In this document: positions 39,201 to 50,986 of the stretch, one piece after another
Position numbering within the stretch: position 1 is the stretch's first letter
How the letters are laid out: each line of letters begins with the position of its first letter
Assembly: GCA_950097015.1 (NCBI GenBank)
Contig: CATNEN010000038.1
Location: forward strand, 32,612,001-32,676,000
Source of the DNA: Macrostomum hystrix
Taxonomy: Eukaryota; Animalia; Platyhelminthes
DNA length: 64,000 nucleotides
Direction: 5' to 3'
Position numbers and translations under genes: made by a program
Notes under the pieces: model-generated
Seen by the model: the letters and a program-made list of their open reading frames with translations, nothing else
The model's database searches: none
Told to the model about the DNA's origin: nothing

Positions 39201-39678
39201 CAATCAATCGATTCAGATAGACAAGTAATCAAGATTGGGATAGATAATTAACCGACTTTTATTATAAATCCGAAGAAATAGAGAACCAACTGCTTAAAAT
39301 TATAGAAGATAATCCAAACACTCGAACAGATAATCCAAACACTTGAACAGATAATCCAAACACTCGAACAGATAATCCAAACACTCGAACAGATAATCCA
39401 AACACTCGAACAGATAATCCAAACACTCGAACAGATAATCCAAACACTCGGTATAGTTTCTGATATGCTATAGATCTAAATGAGCAGAGCTTCTCACGTT
39501 CATTGGAATGATCTATGCCGCTCACGATGGGCCAAACGGACAGCTGGGAGGCGGCCACAACGCTAGCCAGGAAGCCGCAGGTGCACATCGCCAAGATGGT
39601 CCTGTCCACAGTCTGGACGCGATTCGCCCTGCTGATGACGCCCGCGTCCTGACCGTCCACTGCTCCTTGGCCAGGCAT
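36218..39678 (-). CDS. Claudin/PMP22/EMP-like four-TM protein; exons 39678-39498, 37737-37588, 36450-36218
   Basis: Four hydrophobic segments; LLVAVAVW..LRWSYWLAVVA typical of TM3/TM4; both introns phase 1 GT-AG. Confidence 0.75.
36484..36770. repeat. 19-bp repeat (GAGTGAGGTGGCTAAAATG), degenerating
   Basis: Tandem periodicity. Confidence 0.85.
36866..37578. repeat. 26-bp minisatellite (GTGAGTCAATCACTCATTGTTCTCAG)
   Basis: Tandem periodicity. Confidence 0.96.
37877..39224. repeat. 21-bp minisatellite (AATCAATCGATTCAGATAGAY)
   Basis: Tandem periodicity; source of the spurious LSESIDY ORF. Confidence 0.96.
39308..39450. repeat. 21-bp repeat (GATAATCCAAACACTCGAACA)
   Basis: About 7 tandem copies. 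Confidence 0.9.
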
Positions 39679-42052
39679 ATCGATGTCAGGATTCAGGAAA
39701 AAAAAGTTCAAATGCCTGTACCCCGAGAGCAGCCGCTCAACAAGTATATGCTCGATCAAGTCGCTTCTTTCGAAAAGCGATTGGCTACACTTGCTCTGAG
39801 CCAATCATATTCGCGTGAGCTGCCTCATTCTTGTTTCCGATCTGTTATGCCTACGAAAGATTAGATCGGGTATACACAGTATTTTATAAGAATAGGGTGA
39901 GCCAGAAAAGGGGCCACGCCGACAGAGCGTTCAAGCGGAGGGTTAACAGCTAGCGATCGATAAATAAAGGGGGAGAGGGCTAGGCTAGACTGGAGGGGGC
40001 AGCGCGAAGGGGCACGGGGAAAATCGATAATACGATCTAGGCAGATAACAGTGGGACTAGAGAAAGAAGGCGTACAGCGAATGGGATTGGCTGCGTAAAG
40101 CAACTTAACGGACTGGCACATTTCCGCGACTTTCTACGATTGGTTATATTTTTGAATGTTTTTCCTGAGTCAATGCTAAATTACACATTTTTCTAAACAT
40201 GTCGGATTGCATGAATTTTTAAGCACGTTTGGATTAAGAAACAATGTGTAAGTGATCAATTTCACTAGTCATAATTAACATCGCCAGACCACTTGATATA
40301 ATTTATACGTGACATAACAAGCGATTTCAATTATATATAATCAGCATTTGCATGTACTCTACCAGGCTTCTATAATATTCGCATACATCTATATCAATTC
40401 TAGATGAAAAGGTAGAAAACTAATAATGACTCAATCAAAGAGCTTTGCTCCTGCCCCAGATGCATTCTAGTTAACGGACAAGTTACAGCAGCAGTCACCG
40501 CCGCTTGCCAACTTGTTGGGCGCGCGTGCTTTGAATAATTCATGTTTTATTCTGTCAGTTGGAAAGGGTCAGAGAAAATATATCATAAAAGTACATCTAG
40601 CGGGAAATGAGAAATAGAAAGCGAGAAGTGCAGCCCGAGTCAGATAAATTGATTTTTTACCTGATATCAGCAAAGTCATTTTAACAAATTGTAATTAATT
40701 ATTTCCAACACGTTGCGAGAATTTTGTTTTGAATTTAGGTTAGCTCGTATTATAATTTCTTTTGATAGAGCCACTCTTTACATAAATTACATTCGATAAT
40801 TACAAGCTAGAGAATGGGGGCTGTTTGCGTAACACAGGTAAGAAGCATGCTCTCCGTGTTATTCAAATAATTCGATTCACTTCCTGTACACGCAAAACAT
40901 AGTTGCCAGACACCAAGTGTACGTGATCATGTTTAAGGAAGCGCTTCATTATAGGCTGTACGAGAACTAGTTTCTCTGTAAATTGTAGACATCCGCGATG
41001 TTTTTAGAGGATTTATTTGGGTTCAAAAGGCACAGTATTGATCCCAATATTCGTTGCAGATATGTTTTTTATCAATGTTCTATATTGGCGTCATATACCA
41101 ACATAGATACCAACTAGATTGGCGGTTGGCGTGAACCTGCATGATGATGAGGTGATAACGGTGCGAAAGTTTTTTGAAAACAATTTCGAACTGTTTTGAA
41201 ACTGCATCGATGCACTAAAGTTGCGGAACTCCCTGCTGTAATTATTTTTTGTCTCATTCGTGTTTTGCTTTTATTTACTACAAACATGTCAGTACTCAGT
41301 ATAACACAGAAAATTTGTGGGATTACCAAATGCGCAAAAGAAAAAATTAACATTTAACGAACGACGAAGGCGTATATACATTGAATTTTGATTTTAAATG
41401 CAGTATTCAATAATGACCGCTGTACGTCATGATGCTCTCTCAGAAGACATGGCGTGGAAAGGCATACACTGTATGGCCTGGCCGCAATTAGAGTTTGAAT
41501 CTATCAAACTCAAAACTTTCTTGTAAATTATTTTTATAACAGTTCGTATAGATCGGATTAAGGCCACGATTAGTGGTCATCAAACTTAGTAGGGTTATCT
41601 TTTTCTGGTTTGCAACAAATGTGCATTCAAATATAATATGTATTGTTCATTGTAAATAAAATTATAATAAACTTTTTAATTGGCTTGTGTGAAGAAGAAG
41701 TAAATTATTTTTATCCCCCCCCTAGAAGATCTTTAACGATGGTAACTTACTTGGTCAGGAATAAACCAAGTTTTCTTTCACAAAATGAACCAACAAAACT
41801 AACTTTAAGTTCAACCGCCAGGTGACGTGCCTGTCACATGAGCCATGGATATCTGTGAAGTTTTAAAAAAGCTGCGCGTCACATTACAACAAAAAGAAAG
41901 CAATCATATTTTCTTTGTAATGAGGCGAAATATTAAAACTTGAAAAAAGATATCTAGAAGCAAAACCAGTTTCTCGTTATTTTTGCAATAATGTTTACGT
42001 TATTTATGCCCGCATTGAAACTTTTTAATTGCAGAAATGTAATATGAGTGGG

Positions 42053-42538
42053 TCTTTCACCGCATTGTTTTCCGCATGGTTTTTCGCATGGTTTTCCGCA
42101 CGGTTTTTTTTCGTGTAAAAATTAAAAACATTTTGTATGGTGTAAAAATTACTGTGAAACTGTAATTTAATTTAATGGATGGTATGATATGACCTGGTAT
42201 AGTATTAATCTTTGTATGATGAAGTAGTCTATATGTTAGCATATGACATGGGCTGGTATGATATGGTATGATATGGCATAATCTGGTATGATATGGCATG
42301 ATTTTGTATTATATGGCATGATATGGTATAATATGGCATGTTATGGTATGATATGGCATGATCTGGTAAGATATGACCTAGTATCATATAATCTTGTATG
42401 ATATAGTTGTTAGAATCTCTTTCATATGTTTGCTAAAAATGTTACCAAGGATTATTGCAGCACATGAGTGCTTTATTCAAGTCAGCATCATGCAAAAATA
42501 CAGGAAAAAAACCATGCGGAAAACAATGCGGTGAAAGA
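42053..42538. mobile_element. MITE-like element with ~32-bp inverted repeats
   Basis: TCTTTCACCGCATTGTTTTCCGCATGGTTTTT at 42053 and its reverse complement ending at 42538; internal ATGAT/ATGGC repeat; no TSD seen. Confidence 0.6.
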
Positions 42539-43248
42539 TTTATACGTGAAAAGTAGCACATTTATATTATGACAACTTGTAGACAGCAGGACAAGCCTTA
42601 AAAAATCAAAGATAAGTAATGAAATGAAGTTTATACTCTTAACAAACAGCATGTAGCAACATTTCCAATCCTATCAGTTTGTATGGAATAATTTATTTTG
42701 TACTTGCCCAGACCGCTGAATTTTAGTGTTGTTATTTAAGCCTTTGTTAGAATTTGACATATTTTAAGGCCTAGCTTCTCCCTTTTCCGATATTTTTGTT
42801 CTTATCTATTAAAAATGCATATAGTAAACGACTATGATGAGTAGGCTATGCTGGATTATATTTTAGGACTTAAAATTACAAAAAGCATGCAAACTTTAGT
42901 TCTTAATCCTTGTATAATATATAAGATTAAAAGGTATAGTAACACTATAGAGCATCATAATTAAGGAATGTAGAGAAAAAGTGTCATAAAAGTGAAACTT
43001 GATTTTGAAAAAAAGGAAATGAAAATATTCATAAAACCAGACAAAACTTTTATTGACACCCTTTCTTAAAATTTACTTTGACCTAACAAAAAACCAGTCT
43101 ATTGCAAAACTTTTTTTAATAACTAGGTATTCATTAATCAATCAGTTATTGCATTTTATAAACAAATAAATGTCTAGAGTTGTTTTTAAAACAAAATTAA
43201 ACGTTTTTACAAGTTAAATATTTTTACAGCCTTTCATCAAAAAGAAAA

Positions 43249-46200
43249 ATGAGTGAAAAAATAAATGCCAAATTATGTACCAGCTTTCAAGATGTAGCAA
43301 GAAATAATGGTGGCAGTCATACTAATGATGACAATACTCTCAATACTGCTGATGCCAGTGATACTACTGGTGCCAGTTGTATCACTGATGCCAGTGGTAC
43401 TTATGATGCCAATGGTACTACTGATGCATGTAGTACTACTGATGCGAATTGTACTACTGACGCCGATGGTACTACTGGTGCCAATAGTGATGCCAATAGT
43501 GCAAGTGCTGCCAATAGCGCATCTGCTGACGATGGTGCAAGTGCTGACAATGGTGCAAGTGCTGCCAATAGTGCATCTGCTGACGATGGTGCAAGTGCTG
43601 CCAATAGCGCATCTGCTGACAATGGTGCAAGTGCTGCCAATAGTGCATCTGCTGACAATAGTGCAAGTGCTGCCAATAGTGCATCTGCTGACGATGGTGC
43701 AAGTGCTGACAATGGTGCAAGTGCTGCCAATAGTGCATCTGCTGACGATGGTGCAAGTGCTGACAATGGTGCAAGTGCTGCCAATAGTGCATCTGCTGAC
43801 AATAGTGCAAGTGCTGACAATGGTGCAAGTGCTGCCAATAGTGCATCTGCTGACAATAGTGCAAGTGCTGCCAATAGTGCATCTGCTGACGATGGTGCAA
43901 GTGCTGACAATGGTGCAAGTGCTGCCAATAGTGTATCTGCTGACAATAGTGCAAGTGCTGCCAATAGTGCATCTGCTGACGATGGTGCAAGTGCTGACAA
44001 TAGTGCAAGTGCTGCCAATAGTGCATCTGCTGACGATGGTGCAAGTGCTGACAATGGTGCAAGTGCTGCCAATAGTGCATCTGCTGACGATGGTGCAAGT
44101 GCTGACAATGGTGCAAGTGCTGCCAATAGCGCATCTGCTGACGATGGTGCAAGTGCTGACAATAGTGCATCTGCTGACGATGGTGCAAGTGCTGACAATG
44201 GTGCAAGTGCTGCCAATAGTGCATCTGCTGACGATGGTGCAAGTGCTGACAATGGTGCAAGTGCTGCCAATAGCGCATCTGCTGACGATGGTGCAAGTGC
44301 TGACAATGGTGCAAGTGCTGCCAATAGCGCATCTGCTGACGATGGTGCAAGTGCTGACAATGGTGCAAGTGCTGCCAATAGTGCATCTGCTGACGATGGT
44401 GCAAGTGCTGACAATGGTGCAAGTGCTGCCAATAGCGCATCTGCTGACAATGGTGCAAGTGCTGACAATGGTGCAAGTGCTGCCGGTTCAGCAGAATCGC
44501 CTCGATGCGAATTGTGCAACGAAGTGGCCCCAAATCGTAGTCCATTCAGCGGCCGGCGTATATGCTTCGCTCACATGGTCGAGGAGGTGACTTTAGCGAC
44601 TCAGAGGAATTTAACTGTAGACGACTTGTTGCAGCCCTATATGGAAAGCGCTAATGCTATGCAGATTCTAATGCAAAAAGAGGAGAAAAAGCTGTTGAGG
44701 TGAGTGACTTGCAATAATCGATTTTAATTTTTTGTTGGTTGGACCATAAGGAGCCTCAGTTTCAGGCTAGTGAGAGCTTTAGTTTCAAGCTAGTGAGAGC
44801 CTCAGTTTCAGGTCAGTGGGAGCCTCAGTTTCATGCTAGTGAGTGCCTCAGTTTCAGGCTGGCGAGAGCCTCAGTTTCATGCTAGTGAGAGCCTCAGTTT
44901 CAGGTCAGTTGGAGCCTCAGTTTCATGCTAGTGAGAGCCTCAGTTTCATGCTAGTGAGAGCCTCAGTTTCAGGTCAGTTGGAGCCTCAGTTTCATGCTAG
45001 TGAGAGCCTCAGTTTTATGCTAGTGAGTGCCTCAGTTTCAGGCTGGCGAGAGCCTCAGTTTTATGCTAGTGAGTGCCTCAGTTTCAGGCTGGCGAGAGCC
45101 TCAGTTTTATGCTAGTGAGTGCCTCAGTTTCAGGCTGGCGAGAGCCTCAGTTTCATGCTAGTGAGAGCCTCAGTTTCAGGTCAGTTGGAGCCTCAGTTTC
45201 ATGCTAGTGAGAGCCTCAGTTTCAGGTCAGTGAGAGCCTCAGTTTCATGCTAGTGAGAGCCTCAGTTTAATGCTAGTGAGAGCCTCAGTTTTATGCTAGT
45301 GAGAGCCTCTGTTTCATGCTAGTGAGAGCCTCAGTTTCAGGCTAGTGAGAGCCTCAGTTTCAGGCTAGTGAGAGCCTCAGTTTCAGGTCAGTGAGAGCCT
45401 CAGTTGTAGGTCAGTGAGAGCCTCAGTTTCATGCTAGTGAGAGCCTCAGTTTCAGGCTGGCGAGAGCCTCAGTTTCATGCTAGTGAGAGCCTCAGTTTCA
45501 GGTCAGTTGGAGCCTCAGTTTCATGCTAGTGAGAGCCTCAGTTTTATGCTAGTGAGTGCCTCAGTTTCAGGCTGGCGAGAGCCTCAGTTTCAGGCTAGTG
45601 AGAGTCTCAGTTTCATGCTAGTGAGAGCCTCAGTTTCAGGCTAGTGAGAGTCTCAGTTTCATGCTAGTGAGAGCCTCAGTTTCATGCTAGTGAGAGCCTC
45701 AGTTTCATGCTAGTGAGAGCCTCAGTTTCATGCTAGTGAGAGCCTCAGTTGTAGATCAGTGAGTGCCTCAGTTTCATGCTAGTGAGAGCCTCAGTTGTAG
45801 GTCAGTGAGAGCCTCAGTTTTATGCTAGTGAGAGCCTCAGTTTCATGCTAGTGAGAGTCTCAGTTTCAGGCTAGTGAGAGCCTCAGTTTCATGCTAGTGA
45901 GAGCCTCAGTTTCATGCTAGTGAGAGCCTCAGTTTCATGCTAGTGAGAGCCTCAGTTTCATGCTAGTGAGTGCCTCAGTTTCATGCTAGTGAGTGCCTCA
46001 GTTTCATGCTAGTGAGAGCCTCAGTTTCAGGTCAGTGAGAGCCTCAGTTTCAGGCTAGTGAGAGCCTCAGTTTCAGGTCAGTGAGAGCCTCAGTTTCAGG
46101 CTAGTGAGAGCCTCAGTTTCAGGTCAGTGAGTGCCTCAGTTTCATGCTAGTGAGAGCCTCAGTTTCAGGTCAGTGAGAGCCTCAGTTTCATGCTAGTGAG

Positions 46201-48893
46201 AGCCTCAGTTTCAGGCTAGTGAGAGCCTCAGTTTCAGGTCAGTGAGAGCCTCAGTTTTATGCTAGTGAGAGCCTCAGTTTCAGGCTAGTGAGAGCCTCAG
46301 TTTCAGGTCAGTGAGAGCCTCAGTTTCAGGCTAGTGAGAGCCTCAGTTTCAGGTCAGTGAGAGCCTCAGTTTCAGGCTAGTGAGAGCCTCAGTTTCAGGT
46401 CAGTGAGAGCCTCAGTTTCAGGTCAGTGAGAGCCTCAGTTTCAGGCTAGTGAGAGCCTCAGTTTCAGGTCAGTGAGAGCCTCAGTTTCAGGCTAGTGAGA
46501 GCCTCAGTTTCAGGTCAGTGAGAGCCTCAGTTTTAGGTCTATGAGACTCAGTTTCAGGCCAATAACTATTGTATTCTAAAAGCATTGCGCAATTTTAATG
46601 AAACACAACGCCTGAAATCAGACAACATGCCCGACTGCGCTATGTTTTCGATACGATGCGTCAGTTACTCGAGGAGTGGTATCGTCTAACAGAGGATTGC
46701 TTGATGACTCGTAAACGAACTTATGAGAGGATGCAAGCAACTAAGAATGCCATCGCTGAGACGGAGGCAGCCCTTGCCGCTGCTAAAGCCGCTGGCAACA
46801 CGGCCGAAGCTGAGAAGCTAGACGATGAAGTGTTTCGGCTGAAGCGTTTGCTGCTTATTTTCTACAAAGCGGTAGATCAGCAACGAGTCAGTCCCGAATG
46901 TGGCGATGTCGCTATCGCCAATAGAATGGAACAGATTACGCGAGCAGAAAGCATGATACGCGGTCTGGCGTTGCATTTGGAAGCTCAACAAGACTCGGCC
47001 GCTATAACTGCCGCCTCTGCTACTGTAAGTGTTCAAGTGTGACCTGACGGGTTAATAATAAAATAATAATAATTGCAGGAGAGCTGCGTGCAATGGCACA
47101 TCATTTGTTGACATTCACCGAATCAGTAAAAGGAACAGAGGAGGTACTTTTGCCCATTTCGCTGACTCCTGAGCACACACGCACACAGATACTGTACGCT
47201 GGCACAAGCTCACACAGGGGCGTACACCTGCCCTGACTTTCTCATCGTCAGGCAGTGTACACTTTACTGTGCCTTGGAAGTTGGCCCTCAATTGGCGTAA
47301 ATTGCACGACAAGCCCCCTAGCCTTCTCTACGCGGCTGCGCCTTAAATAAATGCGGCCTCGCCGCGGAATCGAACTCAGGGACCTCAGCGCGTTAAACGC
47401 TCTGCCACCGACCTGAGTGAGTGAGTCAGACAGAAAATCTCGCCGCACCCACCTGTTGCAGAGGCGGCAGAGGCGGCTACAGCAGAAGCAGCCGGTGGTT
47501 CTGAGTCATTTCATTCAATTCGACGATCGAGTCGAGTGGGTGGCCGCCTGTTTAGACAGCAGCGGTTTCTATGGCAACCAGGACGGCCGGGTCGTGGCCG
47601 CGGTCGACCTGGGCGAGGCGGAGCTCGCCGCCTGTTCGCCGCTGCCGCAGCCCTGCCTGGTGGTTCGGGTTCGAGGCCGCGATCACCTTAGCGTGGTCTC
47701 AACGGACGGCGTTGAGCAATTCAAGAGCTACTGCTCGGCGAACCAGTGGAACGAGGCCATCTGCGGCCTTCACTGCGACAGGCAGCTGCTGTTTGTTGCT
47801 CAGAAGTCGAGCGTCACCGTGACGGATTTGAGCGGCCGTCTGATTCGCGCGATACCAGCTAATGAGCTGATTGAAGGCGATCCAGACTTTGCCATCAGAG
47901 GCATCGGCGGCAGCTCGGACGGCTGTTTGTACCTGTCTAGCGGAAACAAGATCGCCGTGTGCGCCAAGGCCACTGGAAAATTGAAGACGGTCATTGTGCT
48001 GAATGAGGTTAGTTGAGGATGGGAGTTTTTGTTGGGTATTATGCGTCTGGGATCAATAATGCGATTATTGAGGTTCTAGGAATCGACAACTGGGGATATG
48101 AGGGTCAGAAGTTCTCAGGATTGAGAATGGATTTTTTGGGATCTGGCGTAAGAATAACATTAAGAATGTCAAAGTTATTAACAATAGGAAGACCAGGCTA
48201 GTTTCGCCTTTGAGGAGGACCTCGGGGGTATTTAAAATACCCCCCTGTCTACTTCAAGATAGATCCCAAACCGAATGATCGATTTTCGTCAAAGTCCCAC
48301 ATATGGATTTAAATTTTCCGCCCTTTACGATAAACTAACTTTTAAAGCCGTCAGAATCAACATTGTCTCGATATTCAGTGATTCTACTGTTAAGAATGGG
48401 GAAGAATGCACATATTTCTAAGAAAATCAATTGATTTCCTACGTTTCCTAGAAAATGATCCCGCGCCAACTAACAACAGGTGCCAACAGCAGAGCTGCGA
48501 AATGTCGTGCTGCATAACGACCATCTCCTAGTTACGGACATGAAGCATGGCCAGGTGTACATGATCAGTGCGGACGGTCCGCATTCGCTAACGCTGACTC
48601 ATCCGACCAGCCAGACTAAATTGGAACGATTCGAGCGACCGTTGGACTCAGTCGTGGACTCCAATGGCAGGCTGTACGTCAGCGAGAGCGGCAGGGACAC
48701 TGTTCTAGTTGTCCAGGCGGCTGCCGACGAGGCCCCGGTGTGCGCCCTCAGCGGATTGGAGAAAGCTAGCGGAGAACGCCCCGGATTTCCCTGCGGCTTG
48801 GCTGTGGTGCCGGCCAGGCCCCATCCGGGCGAACTGCTGGCCGTGGCCGATCTGTGCAAAAAGATGCTGATCATGTATCGGATTGTTTCCTGA
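43249..48893 (+). CDS. TRIM-NHL-like protein: hexapeptide repeat, degenerate B-box-like motif, coiled coil, NHL beta-propeller; exons 43249-44699, 46622-47024, 47462-48007, 48480-48893
   Basis: CELC..RRICFAH motif; helical exon 2; NHL repeat FERPLDSVVDSNGRLYVSESGRDTVLV and PCGLAV; phases 2,0,0 consistent. Confidence 0.75.
44750..46558. repeat. 23-bp intronic minisatellite (GAGCCTCAGTTTCAKGCTAGTGA)
   Basis: Tandem periodicity. Confidence 0.95.
47063..47412 (-). mobile_element. tRNA-derived SINE, copy 2 (intronic, antisense)
   Basis: Minus strand: A-box-like TGGCAGAGCG, B-box GAGTTCGATTCC, body shared with 8794-9145, (ATT)n tail. Confidence 0.85.
48182..48389. mobile_element. Short degenerate TTAA-flanked MITE
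   Basis: TTAA|CAATAGGA ... TTCTACTG|TTAA; termini resemble those of 49107-49646. Confidence 0.45.
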
Positions 48894-49106
48894 ACAACTG
48901 GAAGACATTGCGCGATGATGGTTTTGACTGTGTTCCACTGTTCGACAACTCATGACCCTTTATGACCCCTTCTGTGTGGAAATAAGTGGAAAATTTGGAA
49001 TATGTAACTGATTTACGAGTACATTCCATTTGTTATTCATGACCATGCCTCTACGCTGAAATTTTGTTGTGAATTTCGCTCGCAACTGTGTGCCAACAGT
49101 TATTAA

Positions 49107-49646
49107 CAGTAGGACTACCAAGCCAAGGACAAGGACTTACCATTCCCCCCCCCCAATTATTTTGGCAGTGCCTGAATGCTAACAGCGTTGGGTGGTGACT
49201 GACTGGCTGACAGACTTGGCGATGGTGTCCTGTTGTCGTGCTGCGCCTAGTATTTTAGCTTAATCAGTGAAATTTGAGAAAGTCACGTCAGGGTGTCCAT
49301 TGTGGCCTAGTTCCACCTGTTGTTGCCCTTGTAGGTCCAGCAAATCCGTCTAGATAAAGGTCGGTGCCCACCGAAGACGGAGATGATGCAGACACATTCG
49401 GGTGACATGCTGATAAAGTTTGAAGGTCTGCAAAGGCCGCACTGAGGCGCAGTGCAAATTCGTGTATAGGGGTGTATGAAATACACTAGCTCTTACGGGA
49501 AAAATCGGACCTTCGGCCTGAAACATTGAATATCTCGACGGTCTGAAGAGCTGGTGTTCTTGAGTTTCGTGTGCTTGCATTGTTGTTCCGTTCGGGTGCA
49601 GCAAAAGATTGTCAGGGGGGAATACCCCCCCTTGGTAGTTCTACTG
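49107..49646. mobile_element. TTAA-flanked MITE with 16-bp TIR (CAGTAGRACTACCAAG)
   Basis: TIR with one mismatch; TTAA on both sides. Confidence 0.75.
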
Positions 49647-50568
49647 TTAATTGTCTTTATTTTCAATTAAGGATTGCAGTAGCCTTATGCACATTGTTAT
49701 TTAAAAAAGTTTATATTCACTTTTCACCAGGAAAACGAATGTCAGTTTTTTTGTTTCAATTTTTTTATCAAATGTGGTTATATATTTGTTTAATCGTCCT
49801 CTTCGGTTTAATGGATTTCTCTATCCTCCGAAGGAGTTCGGCTCGATCATTTTAACAAAAACTGCTTCCGTGACCAAATTAAAAAAACGGATGGCAAATT
49901 GATTAGATATATAAATACGCTCGTAGTTTCATATTGTATCGTTTTGCTCTGACACTAATAGCGTTTGCTTTACTTCAATAAAAACGCTTATAATGATAAA
50001 AAAATGTCCCTGAAGCAGAAGAGTTTTTTATACGATTTTTTATTGGCAGTGGCTCGTAGCGAAGCATATTTCTGCTAGAGAAAAGCTTGCTCAGAAGTTA
50101 AAATATTGAGGATATGGACTTGATTTTGATATAAAAAGTGTTGGGATCACAAATGTTGGCAATTCCATGCGACCAAAATAATGAAAACATTAAGAGACTT
50201 TATTAGTTTTTATGTGCTTCTATGCGACGATGATATACGAGCTAGTATGACCCCAGGAGCATTGTCCTGGTTGCTTTGTAGGGAAGGCGATCAGGTTACT
50301 TACATGAAATTTAATTGTGCAATTTGCACGCTTGTTTATTTTTTAGAATCGATTAAAATTCATTCAACTGAAGCGGCCTAGTAATTTTAAGATGCTACTT
50401 AAGGGGTAGAGATCAGCTTGTAGACTACACATAAACTAATGATCTGCGAAAATGAGCATTTTTCAATAAGCAAATGATACTACAAATAAGATTTAATCTC
50501 TTAATCTCTTAATCTTAATGGAGACAACTACAGCTGGTGCGGTTCTGTTTTTTTCGAAGAGAATGAAT

Positions 50569-50783
50569 TAGAAGTCGGACTTTTGATTCAGCCATTGCAA
50601 AGGTCAGATCGTTCAATTCTGAGATCGTTAATTTTTCACAAAAAATCCGGAAAATTAACGAAATTTTAAATCAAACCCGGAAAATAGTGACAATGTTACT
50701 ATTTTTTTTCCTGAAATGTTGCTTTATAATACGGTGCAGTAATCATAAACATCCTCACAAAAAGCCCGTAAGTCCGACCTCTA
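50569..50783. mobile_element. Possible MITE, 14-bp TIR TAGARGTCGGACTT
   Basis: Inverted repeat with one mismatch; no clear TSD. Confidence 0.4.
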
Positions 50784-50986
50784 GATAACAAAAAAAATAA
50801 CTAAGTTAAATTCCCATGTTTTGAAAACTAGTCTTTGTACTATTCGTAGAAATATGAAAGTCTTTGTATACAGTCCTAAAGACCATGACGACAACACACA
50901 ACAGACAAAAACTAGTCGATATTCAAGACCTGTTAAAAAGGAGTCAAAGTTATCCATTAAAATATTTGAATAACGATTCTGTTATA

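Noticed and set aside
37859-39232. 457-aa LSESIDY and 446-aa ORFs resembling LRR or coiled-coil proteins
   Set aside because: Stop-free frames of a 21-bp intronic minisatellite; the flanking exons splice around it in phase
43401-44590. His/Cys/Gln-rich and Leu/Ala-rich alternative-frame ORFs
   Set aside because: Shadow frames of the 18-bp repeat; only the 43249 frame connects to downstream exons
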